A stretch of DNA of 16,013 bases, from positions 1 through 16,013 of the forward strand of contig JBBCAV010000058.1 of the NCBI GenBank assembly GCA_051382305.1, written 5' to 3'. Below, piece by piece: positions 8,302 through 16,013 of this stretch (its first letter is position 1; the number at the start of each line of letters is the position of its first letter). The notes beneath the pieces are model-generated. The model had not been told where the DNA came from, did not search any database, and saw only the letters and a program-made list of their open reading frames with translations. This DNA is from Bdellovibrionota bacterium FG-2. GTDB taxonomy: Bacteria; Bdellovibrionota; UBA1018. The position numbers and the translations under genes are program-made.

Positions 8302-9708
8302 TTGACAGAAAAAACAGACACCAAAGAAGCTCCAAAGAAACCCGCTCCCGCTTCAGGAAAAAATCTTGACGTTCAACTCTTGTCCATCGGGCTGAGCTAC
8401 ACAGCGACGGAATCTCTTCAAAATTTCTTTGATCGCGTTTCGGTTCAAAGCATTCCACTGGACCTTGAAACGTTAGTTGAACCGGTCACCCCTCTGCCCC
8501 ATATCGTTTTGTGCAGTGTAAACGACAAGAAGATTTCTTTCATCGAAGTCGCACAAACGCTCGGAATGAATTACGGAGAATTCCCCATTTTTCTCATTTG
8601 CGAAAGCCGAGAAGGCTACGATCGCAAAGTGTTTATCAAAAACGGATTTACCGATGCCTTCTTACTCCCCCTTGAACTCACCCTGCTCATCGAACGCCTC
8701 GAAGACATTTTCGCAAAGCTAAGCAACGGCGCGCTTAAAGTTTTTAAGCCCGTTAAACTTGTTGATCTCCAACCCGGTGCAGCCCTTGATTTTGATACTT
8801 CAATTTTTCTACCCGCAAACAAGAAATATATCAGAATGTCTGCAGCCGGCGATGAGATTGATTCCGAGCGCATGGATCGCATGAAGAAGCACCAAGTGAG
8901 TTCCGTCTATGTCTCCTCAGAGGACATGACCAAATTCTATCAGTACACCGCAAAACGACTCAAAGAACTCAATTCTTCGTCTACGATCAGCGTAACAGAA
9001 AAACGCGAACGCCTTCAAACTGCTGTGCGCGAACTCTTAAGTGGAATTTACGTCGACACCACCAAAGAATTATCATTCGAACAAGGTCAGGGACTCACCA
9101 AGGACTGCCAAGAGATTGTCAAGACCTACATCATGTCCTCCGAAGAGGCCAACTGGTATTCACGGTTTCAAAATCTGCTCGGAGAAAAACGAAACGCCTA
9201 CACTCATGCTTCAAATGTTTCGGCTTTTTCAGCCCTTTTTTCAATGGGCCTGGGCTTAGGAAAACCCGAAGACCTTGCGATGGCCGGAATTCTCATGGAT
9301 ATTGGACTCGCGGATGTCCCTGCCGAAATTCAATCCAAACCTGCCGATCTGAGAACCCCTGAAGAGGAGGCAATCTATCGAAAGCATCCCGAGATGGCTA
9401 TGGGCATTCTCAAACATCGAAAAATCATCGTAAACGACAAAGTTCAAAAAGCGATTCTACAACATCACGAAACCTTTGATGGTTCAGGATATCCTAAAGG
9501 CTATGCCGGAGAGCGCGTCTGCGTTGAAGCTCAGATCCTATCACTGGCGGAGCATTTCGACCAAATGACCACACCTGTTCAAGGACAAAAACTGCTCTCC
9601 CCAGCTGAAGCGATCAAGAAAATGCGCGCCAATATGGAATCGGGCGAGACGAAAATGATCTTTAACCCCAAGCTTCTTGCCAAGATCCTAGATCTCTTTC
9701 CAGCGTAG
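8302..9708 (+). CDS. Pseudo-receiver plus degenerate HD-GYP domain protein
   Basis: C-terminal YTH...AGILMDIG...HPE...HHETFDGSGYPKG...LAEHFD and an N-terminal REC-like fold. I moved the start from GTG 8230 to the in-frame TTG at 8302, which has GGAG just upstream. Confidence 0.85.
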   Translation: MTEKTDTKEAPKKPAPASGKNLDVQLLSIGLSYTATESLQNFFDRVSVQSIPLDLETLVEPVTPLPHIVLCSVNDKKISFIEVAQTLGMNYGEFPIFLICESREGYDRKVFIKNGFTDAFLLPLELTLLIERLEDIFAKLSNGALKVFKPVKLVDLQPGAALDFDTSIFLPANKKYIRMSAAGDEIDSERMDRMKKHQVSSVYVSSEDMTKFYQYTAKRLKELNSSSTISVTEKRERLQTAVRELLSGIYVDTTKELSFEQGQGLTKDCQEIVKTYIMSSEEANWYSRFQNLLGEKRNAYTHASNVSAFSALFSMGLGLGKPEDLAMAGILMDIGLADVPAEIQSKPADLRTPEEEAIYRKHPEMAMGILKHRKIIVNDKVQKAILQHHETFDGSGYPKGYAGERVCVEAQILSLAEHFDQMTTPVQGQKLLSPAEAIKKMRANMESGETKMIFNPKLLAKILDLFPA

Positions 9709-9710
9709 AC

Positions 9711-10625
9711 TTAGGTGCCCGCACGCAATCTTTGAATTCGTACTTCGAGGTCGGGATGAGACGAAAAGAGTCTGAAAATTCCAGCGCCCTTTGAGGAGAT
9801 TTTGAGATTCTGAAACGCCGGCTGTGTTTCAGCCGGAACCTGCTCAAACGTACGCTGCAACGCTTCGAGCGCGCCGATCATGTTCTCACGCCCCGCAAGG
9901 CGTGCCCCGCCGGCATCCGCGCGATACTCTCGCATGCGTGAAAACCAAGCGACGACCATTGAGCCTAAAATCATAAACACAATTTCAAGGAGGAAAGACA
10001 CCACGAAATAAATCCCAGAAGAGAAGCCCCCTTCACGCTCTTCATCGCGACTTCGAAGGGCCTGCACAATAACAAACGCCAGCGCCCGAGAGAGAAACAT
10101 AACGAAAGCGTTCACGACCCCTTGAACCAGCGTCATTGTTACCATATCGCCATTGGCGACGTGGGCGATTTCATGACCTAGAACACCTTCAACTTCTTGG
10201 CTCTTTAAGCGATTAAGGAGACCGCTGGACACGGCCAACAACGCACGAGACTTCGTGGGCCCCGTTGCAAATGCATTGATCTCAGGTGATTCATAGATTC
10301 CGACTTCGGGCATGGAGGGAAGATGAGCGCTACGTGCGAGGGTGTGAACGGTTTGCACAAGCGAACTTAGTCTGGGGTCACTTGTGTTCGGATCAATGCT
10401 CTGAACCCCCATCATCATCTTGGCCATGATTCGAGACAACGCAAGCGAGATAAAGGCTCCCGCCATACCCCAGACCAGACAGAAAGCCATGAGGGCGCTG
10501 TAGTCCATCCCGTTGGCCGTCAAATAAGGCCCAATTCCTAAAACGTTGAGCAAGAGCGAGATCGTCAGAACCACCAAAACGTTGACTGCTAAAAATAAAA
10601 AGATCCGTTTTCCCCAAGCGAACAT
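9711..10625 (-). CDS. htpX: Membrane zinc metalloprotease HtpX (M48)
   Basis: NAFATG, HEIAH zinc motif, NGDMVTMTL, SRMREYRAD and SSHP. The true start is probably ATG 10625 (MFAWGKRIFLF) with a GGGAG RBS, not 10754. Confidence 0.95.
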   Translation of the reverse strand: MFAWGKRIFLFLAVNVLVVLTISLLLNVLGIGPYLTANGMDYSALMAFCLVWGMAGAFISLALSRIMAKMMMGVQSIDPNTSDPRLSSLVQTVHTLARSAHLPSMPEVGIYESPEINAFATGPTKSRALLAVSSGLLNRLKSQEVEGVLGHEIAHVANGDMVTMTLVQGVVNAFVMFLSRALAFVIVQALRSRDEEREGGFSSGIYFVVSFLLEIVFMILGSMVVAWFSRMREYRADAGGARLAGRENMIGALEALQRTFEQVPAETQPAFQNLKISSKGAGIFRLFSSHPDLEVRIQRLRAGT

Positions 10626-10660
10626 AAACAGGCTCCCTTCCGAAGTTAGAATTACTCTGT

Positions 10661-10688
10661 ATAATGGCCCCAATAACATACATGTCAA
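10661..10688 (-). promoter_or_regulatory. Putative htpX promoter
   Basis: Minus strand TTGACA (10688-10683), 16-nt spacer, CATTAT (10666-10661). The CTTGAC...GGCCAT pattern also loosely resembles RpoH-type promoters. Confidence 0.5.
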
Positions 10689-10715
10689 GACGCACGGCGC
10701 AGAGCCGCATGCGAC

Positions 10716-10749
10716 AAAGGCCGCATGCTCTTCCGAACACGCGGCCCTT
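10716..10749 (-). terminator. Stable hairpin downstream of hppA, probable terminator or mRNA 3' stabiliser
   Basis: Minus strand AAGGGCCGCGTGTTC-GGAA-GAGCATGCGGCCTTT forms a 15-bp stem with G-U pairs and a GNRA loop, 25 nt after the hppA stop. The U-tract is weak. Confidence 0.55.
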
Positions 10750-10774
10750 CTCAATTCTATAGATCTAGAATGTA

Positions 10775-13189
10775 TTACTTAAGTTTAGCTTTGCTGATGC
10801 GCATTCCGTAGAACGAGCGCCATACGAAGAACAAACCTACGACAAACAAAACGGAACCGATGTAGAAAGCCACTTCTTGTGCATTGACTGCGATTTCGAC
10901 AGCGAGAAGACCAAAGAGAGTCGTGAATTTGATGATCGGGTTCAAAGCAACCGATGAGGTGTCCTTGTAAGGATCGCCAACGGTATCGCCGATCACGGTT
11001 GCAGCATGAAGAGGAGTTCCCTTTTCTTTAAGGTCCACTTCAACAACCTTCTTTGCGTTATCCCAAGCGCCACCGGCATTGGCCATAAACATCGCCTGGA
11101 ACAAACCAAACGCTGCAATGGAGATCAAGTAGCTAGCAAAGAACGTCGCATCAAAACACGCAAACGCCAAAGTGAAGGAGAAGATCACACCAAAGATATT
11201 GAGCATCCCGGCCTGCGCGTATTGCGTGCAGATCTTGACCACTTCTTTGGAGGAATTCACAGATGCCTTGGCCGAAGAATCCAAACGAATATTCTTCTTA
11301 ATGTACTCCACCGCGCGATAAGCACCCGTTGTCACGGCTTGCATCGAAGCGCCAGAGAACCAGAAAATCACGGCGCCGCCGGTGATGAGACCGAGCAACA
11401 CACGAGCGTCCAGTAGGTCGAGCTTAAGATTGAGCAAGAGAATGATCGAGAAAATCATTGTCGTTGCGCCAATCACGGCCGTTCCGATAAGCACGGGCTT
11501 TGCGGTCGCTTTAAACGTGTTTCCAGCAGAGTCATTCTCCTCGAGCAAGTGTTTGCCCTTTTCGAAGTTCGGCTTGAAACCAAATTTCTTCTCAACTTCA
11601 CTGCTGATGTTTGGAAGCGCTTCGATTTGGGACAATTCAAACACCGACTGTGCGTTATCCGTCACTGGACCGTAGCTGTCGACGGCGATCGTCACCGGGC
11701 CCATGCCCAGGAAACCGAAAGCAACCAAGCCAAAGGCAAATACCGACGGGTAAACCATGAATTCATTCAAACCGGTCTGAGCCGTAAAATAAGCGATGAA
11801 CATCAAAGCCACCATCGCCATCCCGGTCCAGAACGCTGCGAAGTTACCCGCAACCAAGCCAGAGAGAATGGTCAACGAAGCTCCGCCTTCACGTGAAGCC
11901 GAAACGATCTCAGAAACATGCTGAGACTTGGACGAAGTAAATACCTTCGTCAATTCTGGGATCACCGCAGAAGCCAGCGTTCCGCAACTAATGATGGTCG
12001 CTAGTTTCCACCACAATACTGGGCTCAAATCACCGATGAGGACATAACTCACGCCGTAGGTGACCAAGATCGAAACGATCGAGGTGATCCAAACGAGAGA
12101 CGTCAAAGGTAATTCAAAATCAAAATGTTCGGCTTTGCCGTACATGGATCTGAAAATGAAACCATTGCCCCAATAAGAGAGGATCGAGGTCACAATCATC
12201 AGAACGCGCATGACGAAAATCCAGATAATGAGGCTGGACTGAAGCTCAATGCCTCCAGGATTCAAAACGGGCTTACCATCAGCGCCCAAGCTCATGCCCA
12301 CTGCAAGACAGATGAAGCTGATGAGGGCAACGCCGGTCACGCCGTAAGTTTCAAAACCATCCGCCGTTGGGCCGACCGAGTCGCCGGCATTGTCGCCCGT
12401 GCAGTCAGCGATCACGCCTGGGTTACGTGGGTCATCTTCTTTAATGTTGAATGCGATCTTCATGAGATCGGATCCGATGTCGGCGATCTTAGTGAAGATA
12501 CCGCCACAGATACGAAGAGCCGAGGCGCCCAAGGACTCCCCTACTGCGAATCCGATGAAACAAGCGCCAGCGCTTTCGCGAGGTACGAAGAGAAGGATGA
12601 AAATCATCATGATCAGCTCAACGCAAATCAAAAGAACGCCGATGGACATCCCCGAACGAAGAGGAAGATCCATCACGGCATAGGGCATGCCTTTTAGGGA
12701 AGCAAATGCCGTACGGCTGTTAGCCAAGGTGTTGATCCGAATGCCGAACCAAGCGACCCCGAAGGATCCCAAAATGCCCAGGATCGACCAGAGCAAAATG
12801 AGTAACACGCGAGGAAGTTCCATGTGTTGAAGCACGAGAAAATAATAGAAAATACAAGCGCCGATGAAGGTTTCCAACAAAATCAGCAGTTTTCCCTGCT
12901 GAAAAAGATAGGTTTTGCAGGTTTCATAAATCAAAGCCGAAACATCCAGCATTGATTCGTGAGCAGGCAAAGCTTTGACTCTCAAGTATTCGACGAAACC
13001 AAAAAGCATTCCGAGAACGCAAACGCCCATCCCGATCCCCAGCAAAGTCGTCCCAGCGACACTCGTGCCAAAGAGATTATAATGATTCGAGAGTTCTGGA
13101 ATCTTAATCTCCGCTTCACTTGCAAACGCAAGTGGAGATGCAGCCAAAGCTGCGCAAACCGTTAGAAATTTCCCAAGGATATTCTTCAT
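10775..13189 (-). CDS. hppA: Membrane-bound ion-translocating pyrophosphatase, K+-independent type
   Basis: GGIFTKIADIGSDL, EDDPRNPGVIADCTGDNAGD, DSYGPVTDNA, GNTFKA, GGAWDNAKK and GDTVGDPYKD, with many TM helices. Confidence 0.96.
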   Translation of the reverse strand: MKNILGKFLTVCAALAASPLAFASEAEIKIPELSNHYNLFGTSVAGTTLLGIGMGVCVLGMLFGFVEYLRVKALPAHESMLDVSALIYETCKTYLFQQGKLLILLETFIGACIFYYFLVLQHMELPRVLLILLWSILGILGSFGVAWFGIRINTLANSRTAFASLKGMPYAVMDLPLRSGMSIGVLLICVELIMMIFILLFVPRESAGACFIGFAVGESLGASALRICGGIFTKIADIGSDLMKIAFNIKEDDPRNPGVIADCTGDNAGDSVGPTADGFETYGVTGVALISFICLAVGMSLGADGKPVLNPGGIELQSSLIIWIFVMRVLMIVTSILSYWGNGFIFRSMYGKAEHFDFELPLTSLVWITSIVSILVTYGVSYVLIGDLSPVLWWKLATIISCGTLASAVIPELTKVFTSSKSQHVSEIVSASREGGASLTILSGLVAGNFAAFWTGMAMVALMFIAYFTAQTGLNEFMVYPSVFAFGLVAFGFLGMGPVTIAVDSYGPVTDNAQSVFELSQIEALPNISSEVEKKFGFKPNFEKGKHLLEENDSAGNTFKATAKPVLIGTAVIGATTMIFSIILLLNLKLDLLDARVLLGLITGGAVIFWFSGASMQAVTTGAYRAVEYIKKNIRLDSSAKASVNSSKEVVKICTQYAQAGMLNIFGVIFSFTLAFACFDATFFASYLISIAAFGLFQAMFMANAGGAWDNAKKVVEVDLKEKGTPLHAATVIGDTVGDPYKDTSSVALNPIIKFTTLFGLLAVEIAVNAQEVAFYIGSVLFVVGLFFVWRSFYGMRISKAKLK

Positions 13190-13218
13190 GTGCGATTACC
13201 TGCCCCTTTTCGTTAAAT

Positions 13219-13249
13219 TTCTTAAATGTCTTTAAGAAGTGTTATAGCA
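13219..13249 (-). promoter_or_regulatory. Extended -10 element with an adjacent palindromic operator candidate upstream of hppA
   Basis: Minus strand TGcTATAAC (13249-13241), followed 2 nt later by the perfect inverted repeat TTCTTAAA-N4-TTTAAGAA (13219-13238). Confidence 0.45.
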
Positions 13250-13380
13250 AACTGCTTTAATGGGATATGTTCATCGGTCTTAAATGAGATGGTGTGCGCT
13301 GTCAAAGTGTTTTTTGGGGTGACGCAGCGAGCAAGTGAGCCATGCGTCTATGCGATCAAAAAAATACACGCTCAACTCAA

Positions 13381-13812
13381 CTAAGCCGAAAGCAACTCAT
13401 CCAATGACATTTCGGGAAATATTCGCTTCAATTGAATGATGGTAGCAAGCTCCGGATTCGCTGTCTTTGAACTCTCAAGGCGCTGGTAGCTGTATAGATT
13501 CTTAATACCTAGCTGCTGCGCAACTTCTTTTTGAGTCAGTCCTCGAACCAATCGGAGCTGTCGCAAATAAAATGAAAAGGCTATCCGCGGCCGAACCTCT
13601 ATTCCTACAATGTTGCGCCCACGAATGCGCTTTCGTGGAAAAGGGAACAAGGCCCTTGAACTTGCGGGCTCATCGAGAAACACGTTAAGAGCTTCGCTCA
13701 TATTTGATTCTAGCTCTGAGGGTGAGTCCGCCTGAGTCTGGCAGCCCTCTAATTCAATGCATTTAGCCCAAAAGCCGCGTTTCACTTTATAAACCCTGAC
13801 ATGGTATCTCAT
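13381..13812 (-). CDS. hicB: HicB-family antitoxin with C-terminal XRE-type HTH
   Basis: N-terminal GFWAKCIELEGCQTQADSPSELESNMSEAL is HicB-like. C-terminal LRQLRLVRGLTQKEVAQQLG...YQRLES...NPELATI is an XRE HTH. Confidence 0.88.
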   Translation of the reverse strand: MRYHVRVYKVKRGFWAKCIELEGCQTQADSPSELESNMSEALNVFLDEPASSRALFPFPRKRIRGRNIVGIEVRPRIAFSFYLRQLRLVRGLTQKEVAQQLGIKNLYSYQRLESSKTANPELATIIQLKRIFPEMSLDELLSA

Positions 13813-13838
13813 TTCAAACCTCTTAATCGTTTAACTAG
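13809..13838 (-). pseudogene. hicA: Probable 3' remnant of the hicA toxin gene
   Basis: Reads LVKRLRGLK*, with its TGA overlapping the hicB ATG (ATGA 13812-13809). The basic ...GLK* ending resembles HicA C-termini. It is cut at CTAG (13835-13838), where IS sequence begins. Confidence 0.55.
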
Positions 13839-14843
13839 AGCGGGTTCGGAGTTAGCGGCTTAAAAAAAACGCCGCCCCTCCAGATTTTTGATCAGTTTTC
13901 TGCTCGCGACGCCGTTGATTTACTTTCGAGCAGGTTTTACCCAATTCGACTCTTCCGTTTATGCCGTCGCCAACTTCAACTTTAACTGCTCCCGAATCAG
14001 TTTTCGCATATTGAACCCCAAAATCGCACGATGCCCGTAGGTTTCCATTGCCCGCTTGCTTCTGGCATTGGGTTTGTTGAATCCGTAGATCGGCGACTTG
14101 ATTGTTCCGATACATCCCTCCACCTGGGCCCGCTCGCGCTTGATCTTTTCCTCCATTGTCTCTGACACAGACCAAGCTGTTTTTCCCGTGGGGGCGATGC
14201 CGACATGCTTTACTCCGATGTTTTTTGCGGTTTTTACGTTTCTTGTACTGTGGCCACCACGATCGTACCCATAAACTTCCGGTGCTTCTCCAAATGTCGC
14301 TTTGTGAACTTTGAGCGCTTCCATGCAAAATTGCTTGCCCGAGCAGTGTTCCCCTCCATTGATCAAAAAACCTTAAATAAATCCTCCGCCAATTCGACTG
14401 ACACCCCACTTGAGCCCAAACTCCACCGACTTTCCCGCTTTTCCGCGAACGATCGAATACAGCTCCGACATCTTGAGATGAATAATCTTCTTCGGCGCCA
14501 CAAATCCGGTTTCCAGAAAATGTTTGATTTGGGGAAAGAGCGTTTTCATGATTTCGGTAATCCGGGCCAACTCTTGTTGTGACTTCTTTTTGAGAACTCC
14601 TCCGCATTCGAGCGCCTGCATAAGTTCCCGGTGAATCTCCATGCTGACGTGATAGAGCTTTTTCCCCACTTTCTGCTTCTGCTCTTTCGTGTTGGCAAAT
14701 AGATGTGACGCCCGCACTAAACCTTTGACCTTCTTTTCTACTTCTTTGATTTTCGCCTTCGCTTTTGAAAATATCTTGCCCGCTTTGCCTACCTCTTTCT
14801 TGACGATCCCCACATATTTTGACATCAAGCCCACTTCGTTTGG
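13839..14843 (-). mobile_element. IS5-family element, 3' portion, interrupted by an IS3-family element
   Basis: Contains a DDE transposase remnant. The end sequence (G)AGCGGGTTCGGA abuts CTAG, a typical IS5-type target. Boundary uncertain by about 1-2 nt. Confidence 0.75.
13959..14843 (-). pseudogene. IS5-family transposase, disrupted
   Basis: ORFs 14373-14834 and 13959-14366 are in the same frame, separated by a single TAA (GGGFI*GFLING). Motifs PNEVGLM, GKAGKSVEFG, YDRGG and RAQVEGCIG. The N-terminus is cut off at 14843 by the IS3 element. Confidence 0.85.
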
Positions 14844-14925
14844 TATAGTGGACCCCTAAAACTGGACAGCTTGCTATGCTATAAAAATCATGGTTTGGTG
14901 AGCGGTCCTGAAAGGGGTAGTAGTT

Positions 14926-15213
14926 GTGGAAACGATCAGAAAGAGACACGGGGTGAAGCTGAAATCAGACGTTGCGCTTGAGGCTCTTCGGGGCCAACAG
15001 ACGATGAATGAAATAGCTTCCAAATTCAAGATCCACCCGACCCAGGTGAGCCAGTGGAAGAAGCAGCTGCAAGAAGGGTTGCCAAATGTTTTCGGTGGCA
15101 AGCGGACGCAAGCGGAGGCGTCCGAGGCTCTGGTGGGCCAGCTGTACGAGGAAATTGGTCGGCTCAAATTTGAGCTGGACTGGTTGAAAAAAAAAACTGC
15201 CAGATTCAATTGA
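14926..15213 (+). CDS. IS3-family transposase OrfA (HTH)
   Basis: KSDVALEALRGQQTMNEIASKFKIHPTQVSQWKKQL...LYEEIGRLKFELDWLKKK, with a GGGG RBS before the GTG. Confidence 0.92.
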   Translation: METIRKRHGVKLKSDVALEALRGQQTMNEIASKFKIHPTQVSQWKKQLQEGLPNVFGGKRTQAEASEALVGQLYEEIGRLKFELDWLKKKTARFN

Positions 15214-16013
15214 GCTTCGCCGGGCTATGATCGAGTGTGACCTAAGCCGAATTGCTGTCAGCCGTCAGTGTGAACTGATCGGACTGCCACGCTCAACGCT
15301 TTACTATGAGCCGACCCAGGAGACGGAGGAGAATCTGGAGTACATGCGCCTGATCGACGGGCAGTACACCCATACCCCTTTTTACGGGAGTCGTCGGATA
15401 GTGGTCTGGCTTGCCAGCCAGGGTTTTGATGTAAACCGGAAACGGATTCAGCGGTTGATGAGAATTATGGGTTTAGAGGCTATTTATCCGAAGCCAAAGA
15501 CGAGCAGGCCAGGGAAGTTCCACAAGATCTATCCGTACCTTTTGAGGGGTGTGGAGATTGTGAGGCCAAACCAGGTGTGGTCGACTGACGTGACCTACAT
15601 CCCCATGGATAGCGGATTCATGTACCTGGTTGCGGTGTTGGACTGGTACAGCCGCTATGTGTTGTCCTGGCGGATCTCCAACACGCTGGATGCCGACTTC
15701 TGTCTCGAAGCTCTCGACGCCGCACTGAAGCTTGGTTGCCCCGAGATCTTCAATACGGACCAGGGATCGCAGTTCACCTGTTCCGATTTTACAGGCAGAC
15801 TGGATGCTGCAGGAGCGAAGATCAGCATGGACGGGCGAGGTCGCTTTCTTGACAACATCTTCGTCGAGAGACTTTGGAGAACTGTAAAGTACGAGGACAT
15901 TTACTTGAAGAACTACAGAACTGGTGGTGAGTTGCACGGCGGCGTGGGAAATTACTTCCAGTTCTATAACACTGAGCGACCTCATCAGGCGCTCGAATAT
16001 CTGACACCATTGA
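15197..16013 (+). CDS. IS3-family transposase OrfB (DDE/rve), partial and absent from the ORF track
   Basis: Hand translation is open to the window end (first ATG 15227): RQCELIGLPRSTLYY...PFYGSRR...VNRKRIQRLMR...WSTDVTY...FNTDQGSQF...DNIFVERLWRTVKYE...ERPHQAL. The DDE triad is intact. Confidence 0.93.
   Translation, partial: MPDSIELRRAMIECDLSRIAVSRQCELIGLPRSTLYYEPTQETEENLEYMRLIDGQYTHTPFYGSRRIVVWLASQGFDVNRKRIQRLMRIMGLEAIYPKPKTSRPGKFHKIYPYLLRGVEIVRPNQVWSTDVTYIPMDSGFMYLVAVLDWYSRYVLSWRISNTLDADFCLEALDAALKLGCPEIFNTDQGSQFTCSDFTGRLDAAGAKISMDGRGRFLDNIFVERLWRTVKYEDIYLKNYRTGGELHGGVGNYFQFYNTERPHQALEYLTPL

Larger units (their letters stand above)
14844..16013 (+). mobile_element. IS3-family insertion sequence, right end outside the window
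   Basis: Left IR-like TATAGTGGACCCCTAAAACTGGACA, then orfA (HTH), an A10 run and orfB (rve integrase/DDE). Confidence 0.93.

Noticed and set aside
10626..10754. N-terminal extension of htpX in the ORF track
   Set aside because: It covers the promoter and hairpin region. The HtpX-like sequence begins at MFAWGKR, which has its own RBS.
11006..13165. Several + strand ORFs of 68-190 aa opposite hppA
   Set aside because: Antisense shadows of a well-conserved membrane protein gene.
13852..14949. 365-aa minus-strand ORF
   Set aside because: It is an alternative frame over the IS5 transposase that crosses the IS5/IS3 junction. The composition is low-complexity R/S/G/Q-rich with no motifs, so it is most likely a shadow ORF.
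15473..16010. Minus-strand ORFs of 62-170 aa
   Set aside because: Antisense to IS3 orfB, which has an intact DDE motif.
1..16013. CRISPR arrays, tRNA or rRNA genes, long tandem repeats
   Set aside because: None seen by eye. The intergenic spaces are short and lack regularly spaced repeats or cloverleaf motifs.

Overview
This is a bacterial chromosomal segment whose gene content and style suggest a Bdellovibrionota/Oligoflexia-like or deltaproteobacterial host (inference only), bounded by mobile DNA at both ends. The left end holds a probable IS/transposase end that truncates the last gene of a minus-strand, mostly translationally coupled four-gene unit: a membrane-anchored calcineurin-like metallophosphoesterase, a MORN-variant lipoprotein, an exported hypothetical protein and a truncated alpha/beta hydrolase missed by the ORF track. 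A ~500 bp divergent intergenic region precedes a compact pantothenate/CoA operon, panG(DUF2520)-panB-panC-coaBC-coaX, which lacks panD. Next come an exported hypothetical protein, a pseudo-receiver/degenerate HD-GYP protein, htpX, a divergent K+-independent membrane pyrophosphatase (hppA) and a HicB antitoxin. The cognate hicA toxin appears to be cut by an IS5-family element. That element carries a nonsense mutation and is itself interrupted by an IS3-family element with a TA-tipped left end and an A10 run joining orfA to a +1-frame orfB. I see no clearly new multi-gene system. The best leads are the envelope hydrolase unit, the degenerate signalling protein and the nested IS/TA architecture.
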